Made by a program: the position numbers and the translations under genes. The notes below the pieces were generated by a model. That model saw nothing but the letters and a program-made list of their open reading frames with translations. It searched no databases and had not been told where the DNA came from. A stretch of DNA of 64,000 nucleotides. It comes from Paraspadella gotoi. Taxonomy: Eukaryota > Animalia > Chaetognatha. The stretch covers positions 24,673,605-24,737,604 of the forward strand of contig CM119265.1 of the NCBI GenBank assembly GCA_051294375.1, written 5' to 3'. How positions within the stretch are numbered: the stretch's first letter is position 1; the number at the start of each line of letters is the position of its first letter. Shown piece after piece: positions 38,539 to 52,169 of the stretch.

Positions 38539-38853
38539 CGGGACTTATTTTCCGAGAACGCCCCATTTTATTTTAAATTTGGAATTAGATTAATTGTTGA
38601 AGTTTAAGATTATGTTAGAGATAAGGGTTAGTGATTGTGTTAGGAATTAAGTTAGTGATTAAGGGTTAGAGATTTGGTTTGAGGTTAGGGGTTTGGGTTA
38701 AAAATAAGGTATAAGGGTTTACGTTTCGGGTTCAGGTTTTAGTTAGGGTTCCGTATTAGAGTTATAAATTTAAGAATAAGGTTAAATATTTAAGTTAAAA
38801 TTAAATTTCGGGATAAAGAAACAGAAATGTGGCGCTCCTCGAAAAGAGAGCCG
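38539..38853. mobile_element. Small MITE-like element with ~28 bp imperfect TIRs and degenerate TTAGGG-like filler
   Basis: CGGGACTTATTTTCCGAGAACGCCCCATTT resembles the reverse complement of AAATGTGGCGCTCCTCGAAAAGAGAGCCG. The interior is rich in TTAGGG/TAAGGG/GGTTAG variants. Confidence 0.55.
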
Positions 38854-39041
38854 AAATATGGAAAGGAAAAATCTGCTTTTTTTTCTTCTTCTTTTTTTCT
38901 TTTTAAAGATTGAATATGTAGATGGGAACAGAACTACGACTACGACGGGGGGGGGTCTAGATTAGGACGATTAATATTATTTACTAAGATAAAATGAATT
39001 CTTAGTTATAAAAGTTNNNNNNNNNNNNNNNNNNNNNNNNN

Positions 39042-39206
39042 AAATTTCGGGTAAAGAGCCATGTGGCTCTGAAAGAGCCGAGGATGGAGGACAATATGCT
39101 TTTTCTTTCTCTTTTTTCCTGTTTTAAGATTGAATATGTAGAGTGGAAAGAACGTACGACGGGGTAGAGTTTAGACGATCATTTACAGATAATGAATTCT
39201 TAGTTT
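39042..39206 (+). other. Direct overlap duplicate of about 38803-39006 across a 25-N gap
   Basis: The same sequence appears with many indels on both sides of gap 39017-39041. Confidence 0.85.
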
Positions 39207-39236
39207 CATGTTTCTTTCTGGGGAAAAAAATGTGGA

Positions 39237-39295
<59 letters not shown>

Positions 39296-39968
39296 TAGTG
39301 TAGAATCTTCCGCCGGTACTAGCAACGACATAAAAAATGGGCGTGGTTCCTCTGCGTCGACTCGATAATTCAAACTCACGTTCAATTTTTTTTTTCTTAC
39401 GAATTTTTAATCTATTTTTATTTCTTAATTTTAGCTTAACGACGACGAGGCAGATTCGAGTGTCGCCGGGAAGATAATAAAAAATCCGGGTTTGGCAGAG
39501 AGGGAGAATGCAAAGGGAGAAGATAAAGGAGAAGGAAAATAAAAAGGNNNNNNNNNNGAATAGGAAAGGCAAAGAAAGGCATAAAATAAAGAAAAAGAGA
39601 AAGAAGAGAAGAAAAGAAAAGAAAAGAAAAAAGAAAGGGAAAAGGAGACGCGAGAAAGGAAAAAATTAAAATAGGGAAGAAGAGAAAAAAAAGGAAGGGA
39701 ATAAGGAAAGGGAAAGTGACTCGAGTCCTGAGCGTAAACCCGGAGAAAAAAAAAAGATTTCCAAACCGTGCGCGTCTTCCAAACTTTCCTCGCATAAAAT
39801 TGGGTCGGTGATCCCAAAAACCTACTTTCCTTACCTCGTTCCTCACCTCATCTCCGGCGGACGTGTTTCGCGGGTTTCCGGGTCTCAGGATCGAGCACGT
39901 CACCTCATGAGGCGACGGTTTGTCCGTCTCTCTCTCCGTGTAGATATCCGTCTGTCCGTTTTGAGTCA

Positions 39969-40097
39969 TGAAATTGGTACAACCAATATAAAAATTAGCC
40001 ATTCATTTAATAAATAAGCTATCTTACCCCTGACTTTGGACAGGCTTTGGTGGTTTAAGGCCTCCATCACTCTTACAAGATAATGACATAGCAGGTA
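39969..40097 (-). mobile_element. Short high-identity copy of the repeat ending in TTGTACCAATTTCA
   Basis: Its reverse complement is nearly identical to 37964-38086. Confidence 0.75.
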
Positions 40098-40739
40098 ACA
40101 AAAGTAAATATGAAAAAGATTCTAACTTATATTACAACGTGTTTTAGCTGACAATAAGTAGAAATTTCAATAATTTATCAAAACTTTAAAAGAATCTAGT
40201 GAATAGATTTTATCGGAAATGTGACAAGATTTTTACGTTCTTTCGAAAAACGACTGTTCCGGTCGGGAGTCTGAAAACCTTGCCTTCCTATTTAAAAAAA
40301 AAACATTTTTTTTTAAATTCAAGTTCATAAACTAGAGTGACGCGTCGAAGGTTTAAAACTTTTAAGACTTTTCTCTGCTCGTTCGTTGGCGTGCACTTTG
40401 CGTGTACGCCAAAAATCTCGCCTGGAATTCGCACGCGGAGTCGCCATTATTTTTTTCCAAACCGCGCGGTATTTTTGGTTTTTATCTTTATGGGTTTTTT
40501 TTCTCTCTACGATTGAGACAAAGAGTGAAATATTGTCCAACGCCGCACCTTCTCTTTTCTTTTTCTTTTCTATTTTGAAAGATTTTTTTTCTTTTCTATT
40601 TTTTTCTTTTTTTTAAACTTTTTTTATTTTCTCTACCGCCTCTTTATTTCTCTATTTTCTTCTCGTATATCTTTCTGTCTTTTTCTTCTAGCCTTTGACG
40701 TTGTTCAGATTTTTCTTTTCCTTTTTCATTCTTTTATTT

Positions 40740-40896
40740 TTTTTCTTTTCTTTTCTTTTCTTTTCTTTTCTTTTCTTTTCTTGTCTTTTCTTTTTTCATT
40801 CTTTCATTTTCTTTTCTTTTCTTTTCTTTTCTTTTCTTTTCTTTTCTTTTCTTTTCTTTTCTTTTCTTTTCTTTTCTTTTCTTTTCTTTTCTTTTC
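40740..40896 (+). repeat. (TTTTC)n microsatellite
   Basis: Pentanucleotide run. Confidence 0.9.
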
Positions 40897-41707
40897 TAAT
40901 ACTGTTTAGTTTCGCCTTTTCATTCCTCCCTACTTCTGACTTCCAACGTTTCTATCCTCAATATTTTTTCTCTTCTCTTCTCTCCTCGGGTGAGCGTCTA
41001 ATCCCTGGGCGGCTCGGCCTCTCTGCTTATCTCGACATTCTCTCCCTTTCTCTTTCTCTCTTTCTTTTCTCTCTCGTCCATCTCTCGTCTTCTCTCTAAT
41101 CGTGCTTTCTCTTCCTCCGTCTCTCTCCTCCGTCTCTTTACCACTATTATGTTTCTTCCTCCTTTTGTCCTTTGGTCGCGGTTTTAATTCTTCTCCTTTT
41201 TTGTTTCCTCTTTTCCTTGTTTTCCACTCCGAGTTTAAATTGTTTCTTATTCTACAGTCGACCACACTCTCAATCTGTTTCTTATTCAATCTAATGTTTA
41301 ATTTTTTTGTTTTGTGATAGTTTGTTTTTATAATATTATTCATTGCTTATGTTTTTTCATGTTGAACAAGACTGTCCAGCATTCGAAAATGGAGATTCTT
41401 CCGTCATCCTACACACTTCTGCATCTTCACCCCCTCATATTGTTCCCGGCCGCCACGCCTCATCAATCTAATCCGAGCTCATCATAATCTATTAAAATTT
41501 AAATCTAAAACTTTAAATCTTAGAATCTTTTCGAATCGTTCGTCGGATTCTTTAGCGACTGCAGAAAGGAAAACCTCTCTCGAAAAAAAAAGTTCCTATT
41601 CGTCTTTTCAATTCTCGATCCTATGTCTCTTTTCTCTCAATTCTCTCGTGCTTGCTCCTCTTCCAGATTGTCTCTCTCTGTGGTCCCTCATCACTCTCTT
41701 CTCCCCC

Positions 41708-41738
<31 letters not shown>

Positions 41739-44700
41739 CTCGTCTCCTTTCTCTTCGTCTCTCTTCTCATTACGAATCTTTCTAGACTGAAATTCACCTT
41801 TAGCCTCCGCGAGCATCACGGACTTGTCGCAAAAAGAAAAGGTCCGCGCTTCTCAGGCCGCGCCCTTCTTCACGGATCCGCTTCGGTCGGTCATCTTTTG
41901 CTTCTCAGCTCGGTCCGATGCCCGTTTTTAAGGTGGCTCGGCCGGAGCCGTGCCACAGGACGTAAAAGCTCTGCCTGCATCTCCTCAACGCGACCGCTCG
42001 AAACGAAACTATCACTATGTCAGTCTCACGTTTTTCACTGTCTTTTACAGCATCGGATCTATTCAACTAGATCCCCTCTACCCTTATTCGATCCGGCCAA
42101 ACATCCCCCCCCAATTTACGCTGGAACCCAGTCTTGCTCACGTTTTCGCAAACGCGACTGTGAACCGACTGTCTCATACTAGTTCTCTTTCTTCTCCACT
42201 CTCGGTCACCATCCGCTACTCTTCGCTCTCACCTCTCCTCTCTCTTCTCTTTCTTTCTTTTGTTCATTGCTCTCTAAGGTCGTCATGAATTCCTTCCTTT
42301 TTCCGATTCTTTTGTCTCCGTGAAAGGCTTCTCATCCTCTCTCTCTCTCTCTCTCTTCTCTCTTGTTTCTCTCTTCTCTCCATCGCTCCCCCTACCTCCT
42401 CGCGGCACTCCAGCCTCTTATCCTGGCCACCCTTCTCTCTCTCTCTTCTCTCTCTTCAAGCTCAGCGATCTAACTGTTCAGTCGATTCGCATTGAGGCTG
42501 ACACAGCAGCGACATCTAGAACGGTTATGGACGACTATGACGACGAGACCGAAGAGAATGAATGGGTCAACTCGATGAGAAAGAATTGGGGCTGCAATCA
42601 GTTCAGAAACTAGATGTAATTTACATATAAATTTGGGTATCGTTGGAAAGAGATGCGAATTAAGCCGAATTCCAAAATTTCATGTAAATCGGACTCAGCG
42701 TTAAACAAGTAATCGGCAAAAACAGCCGCGAAACAACGATGTCTCGCGGATTAACTCGCGCTATTTTAAAGCGATTCGTTTTGGTTCTAACAAAGAAAGT
42801 ACTCGTAGTTTCAAATATTAAGAAACGCCGATTTAGCCTAAGCCCGAATGCGTGATCCGGGCCTCATAAGAATTTATTTACATCTACCGAGCTCGGAGAA
42901 GGAGTAATACACATATATAAGACGAATAGAAGGGGAATAATTTATTTTTTAATACAATATGTTAATAACTAAAAAAACAAGTATGGCAAAAATTATAGCA
43001 AGAAAGACTAAAATTTAAGTAAAGAATGGCGCGGAGGAACGGTTTTACGTGATTAAATTTTTGAGCACGATGGTTGACAGATTTGTGTGATAACAGAAAT
43101 CAATTTTAACTTTTAGAACTATTGCTATAGAAAAATTAGAATCTTTTAAATTAATTTCTAAATGAAGCAGAGATATACTTGCGTCTGATGATTAAATTCA
43201 AAAGATTGCTAGATATGGCGAAAGTTAGTTTAATATTTGTTTGTTTTTGATTTGTTATTAATTATTGAAACTGACATCTTATTAACAAGCTCTTTATTTC
43301 TCTTATAACGGTAGATTTATATTGAAATCGATTGCCGTCTTGAATTTGGTGTGTTCAACACAAACAAAATGATGCAGATATAAGATTCATTTGAACTGTA
43401 ATGATTCAATTCCACCAAAAATTTTGTTAAACAGCATCCTCAAAACACGAAAGCAACGTCAATTAACATGTATTAATTCCATATTTTACATTTTCTTTTT
43501 AATTTCACATTACATGAAAATTTGTCTTTTCAGGTCTAGTTTAATCAAAGAATATTGCTATTACGCAAAGTGTAATAATCATCTGTCATCTGCTCTGCGC
43601 CCAGAATCAAGCACAGTATCTAACAATAATGTTCAAATTAACAAACGTGAAACATGGTTAAATTGTGAATGTTCAACCGTTGTTCTTATTTTTATTTCTT
43701 AGAATTAAAAACAACATAGCCCTAAGCCACATTTACAAATTGTCAATATCATTAAACATTTCCAATCAGAAAGATATAGATAAGCAGTGATTAAGAAAGT
43801 CTTCTTGATAAACCTTGTCTGTAACTGAAATGAGCGCTCAGATTCGCCTAAATATTGTCAAACAAATAAATTTACAATTAAAAAAGTTATCATTTGATGC
43901 AATGGAATAATCATTGAATTTAAGTATTCTTACATAAAAGAGAGAGGGGGAATTCTTATTTCGTGTTGAAGATCGAGATTTGCGTCGTTGGGTACGAGTT
44001 TGTTCGCCCGGTCGGCCAGGAGTCGGCGAGGAGGCGGCGAGGGTTTGGCAGCGACGGGAGTTGAGGGTCGACTTCGTCATCTTGGCATTATTGTCCGCCT
44101 CCACGCCTGGGTTTCATCTCGAAATCGAGACTGTCTCGTTCCTTTCCGGGAAATTTCCATTTTGCAAGGTAAGGTCTTAGAGAGATTACAGAAAAGGGGC
44201 CGTGGTAAGGGCGAGAGGGTGTTTTCGGTAGCGCCGCGGGCACGGGAAGAAGTGCGAAGCGCTGCTTAGAGATTCTCGGGAGCTGGATTTTTGGCTGACG
44301 GTACCGGTCGAGTCTTTGTTGGCTGTAGGCGGGGGCGACTGCTTGGGAAGGCTTGCCAAAGTGCGGTTACGCCACGCGATCTCCTCGGGCGTCCACTGTT
44401 TCCGGTCCAAACCGAAGTCTTCCTGGGACTGCTACCAATCGGGTGGGGCGACGCTCCTATGTCCGGTTTTTAACGTGTTCTAATTGAAAGATGGAGCAGA
44501 GGAGAAGCAGCAGACACCCAATCACGATGATCGGCGCCGAGGGCGATGAGGGATTCCTTTAGCGGTGGTGCGGACAGCTTCACGAGTCCATTAAATTGAT
44601 TGATTGCTCTAATCCCAGCGATGGTGTGCATGTTACCCGATAAAACTGCGATCCTCTGTTGTGATAATTGTCCATAACTATAATTTTATAAAATATGTGT

Positions 44701-47390
44701 ACGCAACAAAATCAAGAAATGTTAGCGGTTGAACTGCATACTATTTTATAAAAAGTTACATTTATTGTATTTCATCAATATATATATAACAAAGACTCGC
44801 TAAATGATTTATGCAGCAATTTGATCACACATAAAATGCACGATAGGGCAGAGAGGATGTTGAAAGAAACAAAAAAGTGCAATCTCTGAAACTAAAATGC
44901 TTTTAAAGAACAAATTCCTTAATTTGAAATGATGTATAAGAAATATTTAGCTACTAAAATAGTCCTGATTAACTAAGTAAAAAATTTTCTGTTCATCCAT
45001 GTCCGGGAACAGAAAAAGTTAAAATATAATATATTGTAATAATATTCTTATAAAATAATTAAAAACTTTTAATAAAGATTAGATTCATCCATAAAAAAGT
45101 TGAATCAAAACTATAAACATCGTTAATCAAAAAATTATTGTAATCTTCAACCATCCTTAAAATTGGGAAAAAAAAATAAAATTCATAGACTTCTTTTTTA
45201 TTCTCTGTAGTAGAAGCTTATATATGTAAACGTTTTAAGTCTTTTTGCGATCCAAACCATTAAATCTCATTTTATATTTTTATAAAACGTTTTTAGTTTT
45301 TTTACGGCAAATCCAAATCTGTTCTGAAAATAAAGAAAAATTATTTTTAAAATATGACACATTCTTATACGTATATTTTACTATATAAATAATTGAATTA
45401 CTATAACTGTTACTAACAAAAAAATTTGTTACTTCACACATACCTCATATTATATATCCATTAAGCAGGAAAAAATATGTTCAATCACTCCATCTTTTCA
45501 TCACTCCACATTAATTAATACCCATGAAACATTGAAAAGTGGTAGGGTCAAGGAAATCGCGATGCAAAAGCAGAATCTTTTTTAAATGCAATTATAGTTT
45601 TTACATTTCTTTTTTATAAAAATATTTAGTATTTTTAGTGAATATCTTACATTTAATGTTATAAATTTTAACATTATGCTACGACCAAGCAAGAAGCTTT
45701 AACTTGTGACTCGCCCAACTTTCTACACTTTTTGATTATAAATGAGAATTCTTTTTAAAATAAATTAATACTTTGAATGGATTCATTCTTTAAAAAATGA
45801 AGATATAACAAATTCTTTTAAAACGTCAATCGCAAGCACTAAGTAATTTAATATAAAGTATACTTTTCATATGAGAAAAGTGATTTAACAAAGATTTTTT
45901 TTTTTTCCAATTATCTTAGACTTTATGTTGCTCTACAAAAGGTATCATCAGCTAGGCAGGAAAGTGACAAACCCACGGAAAAACTGATTTTTTGTTTAAA
46001 AGAGTATACGAGAGAAAGGGAAAAGGAGACGAGAGCACGAGAGAGAGAGATGAAAGAATCGACCTTGTAGATAGGGCAGTGTCTAAAAACAACATCAAGT
46101 GGAATTTTGACCAAACCAAATAAATACTATGGGAGGAGCGACACCAAAACTTAAAACTGCTTTCTCTTCTTAAAGAAAAATTAGCTTCAGCACAAAATCG
46201 TCTGTTAATTTTTTGCTTAGAACGCTGTTAATTCATTCTATTATCCTCCATTTCCTCCCAAAATCGCTGTCTAATCTCGATTCGAAGCACGTAAATCACT
46301 AAAAACAAAAAACTTATTATGATACCAAAATTTCTGGGAAGGCTTTGGAAATCCAGCGGAACGCAGCGGCCCAGGAGAGGGGACTGTCCAGAGGAACTGG
46401 GGGGCTCTAATAAAACGATGCTTGGACCAGTTTCCATGAGGATGACAGACGAAGGCAGGGGGGGCTTCAATTTCTTCGGGTACTACTTGGTAAAAATTAC
46501 ACTGATGGGTGTTTTTTTTATGAACTGCTAATTCTACAGTATTTCTTATCTTTCTCCTCTTCTCCTTAGTCTCCGCCTTCTTCCTCTTCTTACCCTTTCT
46601 CGTCTAATAACTCTTTTAACAATATTTTTCTCGGTTTTTAACTTTCTGACGATGAATGATTAGCAAATAAGTCGAAATATTTGGAAAAAAAAAATTCGTT
46701 TGTTAAAGTGCGAGTGTTTAGGATGTGAAGAAGTACAAATATTTTTCCCAAAATGCAAGTTCTAATATTACTATCTTGGAAAAAAGTTAGAAACATTCTT
46801 TTAAATTGGATTTTACTCCGAAATGTTTCTTCTAAAACAATTTTTCTAGATAGTAAAATCATAAGAAGAATGGGGAGGTCTCAAATTAAAAGCTTATGCT
46901 TTGTAGATAATGATAGTGTATAATATTTAAATTAAATATTAAAAACAATTAAATATTTTTTACAAACATTTCAAAAAACTTTTATTATTTTAAAAAAATT
47001 TAAGCATAAGCGATCGTGCGCAATCGCATAAAAAAGTCTGGGATTGACGACAATTTTGATACTACCAAAAATAAATTTGAAGAAAAAAAAAAATTATAAA
47101 CAGAAAGAAAAATTCTATTTTGCGATATAGTCATTACAAAAATATAACAGTACCAAGGAAAATTAAAGTTTATCTTCATCGTGTATAAAACTTTAAGATT
47201 TTATAGGTTTCAGAAGATGGCAACTTGTTCATCTTTCAAATCCATCTGCCTTACCGTAATATGAACAGACGTAGTGTTGCAACAGAATTTATTTGGCAAT
47301 AGTATTTTTTTTCCACCTTTCGTTTATGAACTTCCTCATGTGCTATGTGTCATGAGTCTCTGCCCATAAAGCATAAACACCTTCACTCAT

Positions 47391-47600
47391 GACCCGGTGG
47401 CCTCATTGATTAAAAGCCTTCAGCTTATGACCACTAGGGTACCGGGTTTAATCCCAACTCGGGTACCTACCCCCTGTGGAAGCGTGGGACGGCCTTAAAC
47501 CGCCTTGGGGCGTGGAAACCCTCAAGGACTGGTCTAATGCTGCTATTAAGTCCTTAGCCAACTTAGCGCCTTAGGCACGTCAGTTGACATAAAAAATAAT
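47391..47600 (+). mobile_element. tRNA-derived SINE (copy 1)
   Basis: A-box-like GGTGGCCTCATTGATTAA and B-box-like CCGGGTTTAATCCC at tRNA spacing, a GC-rich body and an A-rich tail. The head is homologous to 48203-48300. Confidence 0.7.
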
Positions 47601-48202
47601 AGACAATATGAAATTATAAGAAGGGTCTCGTGGGACATTTATTCTGCCAATAAAAAACAACGATGCCAGAAAACTACCCTCGTGTCCATTTCGCAATGAC
47701 ACAGGAAAAAATGAATGTTTGAATATTTTTTCCGTCCAATTTTAAAGCAAGTACTGTACACATTTATTTATCCTTAGGTTTTTTTTGGTAATAATATTGA
47801 ATTAGTTTCAAAAATTGCTATAATAATAAACGTCCAGTACTTTTGCTATAAAAATTTAAAATGTTCATATCCAATGTTAATGGTAAGCATTTTTTTGGTG
47901 TCACTCGTTTTACACAGGGAATTTTATAATTATTCTCTTATTATATTTTAAAAGTTTTTGCAGGATTTTTTGGGGTAAACTTCGTGAAAGGACCACGTAA
48001 TAAATCCTGTTGTCGCCACATAAATTTCTTTTTAAAATGAATCACATTTTACATGTTTCCAGTGACTGGCACAATTATGAAAATCATGTATATTTCATTT
48101 CATGGTATGTTACTTCATACCCAAGTATTATGCAGATACTTAGTCGGGGCTTGCCTAATGCATCCTGTCATCCCGCATTAAGCAGGATTACCTTTCAGTT
48201 GT

Positions 48203-48364
48203 GACCGTCGGTGGTTCATTGGAGTAAAGGCCATCAGATTCATGCACTAGGTTCCGGGCTCAAATTCCAACCCGGTACCGTACTGTGGGAAGCGCATGGA
48301 TGGCCAGATAAACTGATTTGAAGGGCTGGATGGCTTGGATGTATCTGGTTGTACCAATTTCATA
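48203..48364 (+). mobile_element. tRNA-derived SINE (copy 2, diverged)
   Basis: GGTGGTTCATTGGAGTAAAGGCC...CACTAGGTTCCGGGCTCAAATTCCAACCCGGTACC...CTGTGGGAAGCG parallels copy 1. It ends in GGTTGTACCAATTTCATA. Confidence 0.65.
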
Positions 48365-51300
48365 AATCAAACAGATTCAAAAAAACAGTTTGATGTAAAG
48401 AGAAATGTACCGTTCGCGAGTGATTAACAAGAAAATATTTATGAAGTTTTTAATATTATAAACGTTTTAAATAGTAAGTACAGCTATTAGTTAGAGAACT
48501 ACTGCTGTTGAAAAAATATTTAACAATCGTCGGAAAATCCAAATTTATGGGGAGGCTTTTTGATTTATGGATTTTTTTTTAAAATAAAATTGGGAAATTG
48601 GGTTTTCGTCAACGAACGGTTTCTTTAAGTAAATTTTAAATTAATTTCGATTTTTGGGATATAATACAGATGTTCCAGTAGATTAACTATAATTATTATA
48701 AGCAAGATATTAGTATATCAGTGTTAGGGAGGGTTAAGGGTGGTTTAGGTGGGTTTAAGATTTAGGGTTAGGGTAAATTGGTATTATCTTTAAAAAAGCC
48801 CCAAACCGCGGGTGGCGATAAGTAAAATTTTTTGCTGCGTTTAGCAACGAAAATATTTTTTTTAAAACGTTGAACATGTTAAAAGATTGCTATAAAATGA
48901 GAAGTTAAGTCGCGGTTACGTTACTGTTGGAGGGCAAGGACAGGGCGTGGAAAAAGTATTTCGTTCAGGGAATTTGTTGTTTTTCCCTGTCGAGCCGTTA
49001 AGGTGGGCAAGGGCTTTAGAAAGGTAGGGCTTCCTTGTCCCCATGCCGCGAAGATTTCTACTATGAAAGGCTGAAAGTGTCTTCCTTGGGCTGGCAGTTA
49101 GCGAAATGGCGTGCATTTTGGCGGATTCCGATCTCAATGGCGGCGGCGGGCGGGAGCCATGGCGGCTTGGAGGATTATGGCCTCTCTGGACTGGGAGAGA
49201 CGATGGATTACATCAAAGGCCTATTTTTCGGCCGTCTATCGCAATTAGTGATGTGATGTCGGCGGACGAGACTCAGGAGCTTCCTTCTTCGGGTTGAGTA
49301 AAGAGCACGATTAGTTCGAGAAAATACTTAAATATTTATTTTAAACCCTTTTTTTTTCTGCTAAGAAAAATGAGAAAAAACCACATGAATTACGGAAATA
49401 TTAGAGTTTCTAAAGAAAAAGATATGACGAAAACGATAAGATAAACAAAATTAAAAAATAAAGATAAAAATAGTCTACCCAGTATGACCATTGCCATGGT
49501 CGTATTTTAAAATGCGCAATTGGGTCTCTCTCTTTAGTCCTCTGTTGCTTCGAAAACGAAACAAGAAAATACTGAAAAGCATGGCTTGCGATCAGAGCGT
49601 CGGAAGTAAAGAAAGATTCTACATGCATTTTAGAAGATATATATAATAATAATCAATAATAATTTATATATAATTTTATATATAATTTATAATTAATTTA
49701 TAATATAGATCAATTTATACATATATATGTATTTAAAAAAGTTAGCGGGAAAGATGGTTTCATTAAATTAAAGCGAGCCACATAATCCTCTCCTAAAGCG
49801 CGGTTGCTCGTCGAGAGGCCATGGCTTTTCGGATTAGGATTTCCGGTAGAGTCCATTATGTCTTGCGTTCGGGTCCAAATATTAAAAATGTGAATCGAAA
49901 CAAAAGCCCTTTGCTTTCTTCGGATTTTAATTTTAACGTTTACGAAATATTTAGCCTCGCGCTCGCACCTAAAATGAAAGTATAAGAGACACTGTAAAAT
50001 CTTTCTAGAACGAATGTTTCAAAATAGACGACATATCTTCTCGTGGGAATGAACGTTGGGAAATTGAGCTAAATAGGAGTTCAATTTAGATACCCAAAAA
50101 GCATCAAGCTTGGAATTTTTTAGTGCGCTTTTTTTTTAGCTCAATGGATAGAGAATACATGGCTCGTTTTCCAATATAAGTCAAAATGGAGTTTGGTTCT
50201 TTCTTTTATTGGGACAGAACGAGCTGGTGTTAGTTTACCGTAAGGTTAGGAGGGTCACACAGTCAGCTTCAAATGCATTTTATACGATGAAATGATTTTC
50301 CGCTCCTATGCGTGTCGAGCTAGATGCCTGCCGAGAACCTACAACTGTTAGAATCTCCGCATATTATTATATTTATAAAGGCTTGACCAGGGATTATTGA
50401 ATTAATCGTTTTCAAGCGAAACTTGATACCCGTCGACCGAAAGACTTGACATCCCCAAGAGAATATATTTGCAATTTAAATAGAATTTGAAAATAACAAT
50501 ATTATACAATAATAATTACCAATTATATCGAAAATAATTATTGTTTTTATAAGTTCGCTGTTGTTGTTTTTTGAACTATGATTATGCCAGCATCAAAATA
50601 TCTTGAGATCGGGAAGAGTCGAATTCTTTTTCAACCTAAATCTTATTCTATATTTTTCCCTACGTCTAAATCCATTATGTACATTGTTCGATAAATCTTT
50701 TTTTTTGCTGACTGATTAGAAAACTACATAATTAAGATCGACATTAATATTTTCATGTATAGATTTTTGGTCTAGAATAAGAATTTAACCGGGATGCTTC
50801 ATCTGTGCCGCCGCTCTATTTATTTCTTCCTTTTATTNNNNNNNNNNNNNNNNNNNNNNNNNCATTATTTCCTTCCTCCTTTATCGGTCTTTTTTTTTAA
50901 TTTCTTTCCTTTTTTCTTTCCTTCATTTTCCTTTCTTTCCACTCGAGTTTAATTGTCTCCTTATTCCTCCATCGACCAACTCCTCATCTCGTTTCACAAG
51001 AAGTTTTAATTTTGTTTTTTTAATTTATTATATCAATTTGCTTATGTTACTTGTTACATGTTGAACAAGACTGTTATCATTCGAAATGAAAATTTCTTCC
51101 GTCATCTCACCAACACCTTTCTGCATCTTCACCCCCCCTCANNNNNNNNNNNNNNNNNNNNNNNNNNNNNNNNNNNNNNNNNNNNNNNNNNNNNNNNNNN
51201 NNNNNNNNNNNNNNNNNNNNNNNNNNNNNNNNNNNNNNNNNNNNNNNNNNNNNNNNNNNNNNNNNNNNNNNNNNNNNNNNNNNNNNNNNNNNNNNNNNNN

Positions 51301-51370
51301 NNNNNNNNNNNNNNNNNNNNNNNNNNNNNNNNNNNNNNNNNNNNNNNNNNNNNNNNNNNNNNNNNNNNNN

Positions 51371-51427
51371 TTAAATCTTAAATCTTAAATCTTAAATCTT
51401 AAATCTTAAAACTTAAATCTTAAATCT
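51371..51427 (+). repeat. (TTAAATC)n heptamer repeat
   Basis: Tandem heptamers, also present in noisier form at about 41490-41530 and 53935-54000. Confidence 0.9.
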
Positions 51428-52169
51428 TTTCGAATCTTCGCGATTCTTTGCGACTCAGAAAAAAAATCTTCTCTCTTAAAAAAAAAGTTCCTATCTCTTT
51501 TTCATTCTCGATCCTATCGCTCTCTTTCTCTCAATCTCTCTCTCTCCTTCTCTCTCTCAATCTCTCTCTCTCTTTCCCTNNNNNNNNNNNNNNNNNNNNN
51601 NNNNNNNNNNNNNNNNNNNNNNNNNNNNNNNNNNNNNNNNNNNNNNNNNNNNNNNNNNNNNNNNNNNNNNNNNNNNNNNNNNNNNNNNNNNNNNNNNNNN
51701 NNNNNNNNNNNNNNNNNNNNNNNNNNNNNNNNNNNNNNNNNNNNNNNNNNNNNNNNNNNNNNNNNNNNNNNNNNNNNNNNNNNNNNNNNNNNNCGGCGCC
51801 TTCTCAGCCCGGCGCCTTCTTCACGGATCCGCTTCGGTCGGTGCCACTTTTGCCTTCTCAGGCTCGTCCGATCCGTTTTAAGGTGCCCGGCCCGGCAGCC
51901 GTGCCCACGAGGCACCGTAAAAGCCTCTGCCCCTCGGCATCTCAACCGGAACCCTCAAAAGAAAACATTCACATGTCAGTCTCACGGCTTTCACTCTTTT
52001 ACAACATCGGATTCTTCATTCACCAGACTATCATCTTTTTCGAATCTTAACGAGAGTTGAATATGATTGGAGTATTAATGTTTTATGCGCGTATAAATTG
52101 ACTGACATCATTCAGAATGTGTTGTTAGCTTCCTTCTTAACTCTATATGCAGATACAGACTGGTTTTCG

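Noticed and set aside
37964-40097. Apparent 2.1 kb Tc1/mariner-type MITE with 120 bp TIRs and TA TSD
   Set aside because: Homology of the left arm continues past the supposed terminus into the third copy at 36233-36475. The arms are better explained as two oppositely oriented copies of a dispersed repeat.
44186-44410. WTPEE motif as a Myb/SANT domain
   Set aside because: The following residues lack the helical pattern and later conserved aromatic positions, and there is an in-frame stop just upstream.
50137-50215. TAGCTCAATGGATAGAG resembling a tRNA D-arm
   Set aside because: No T-arm/B-box or acceptor stem follows.
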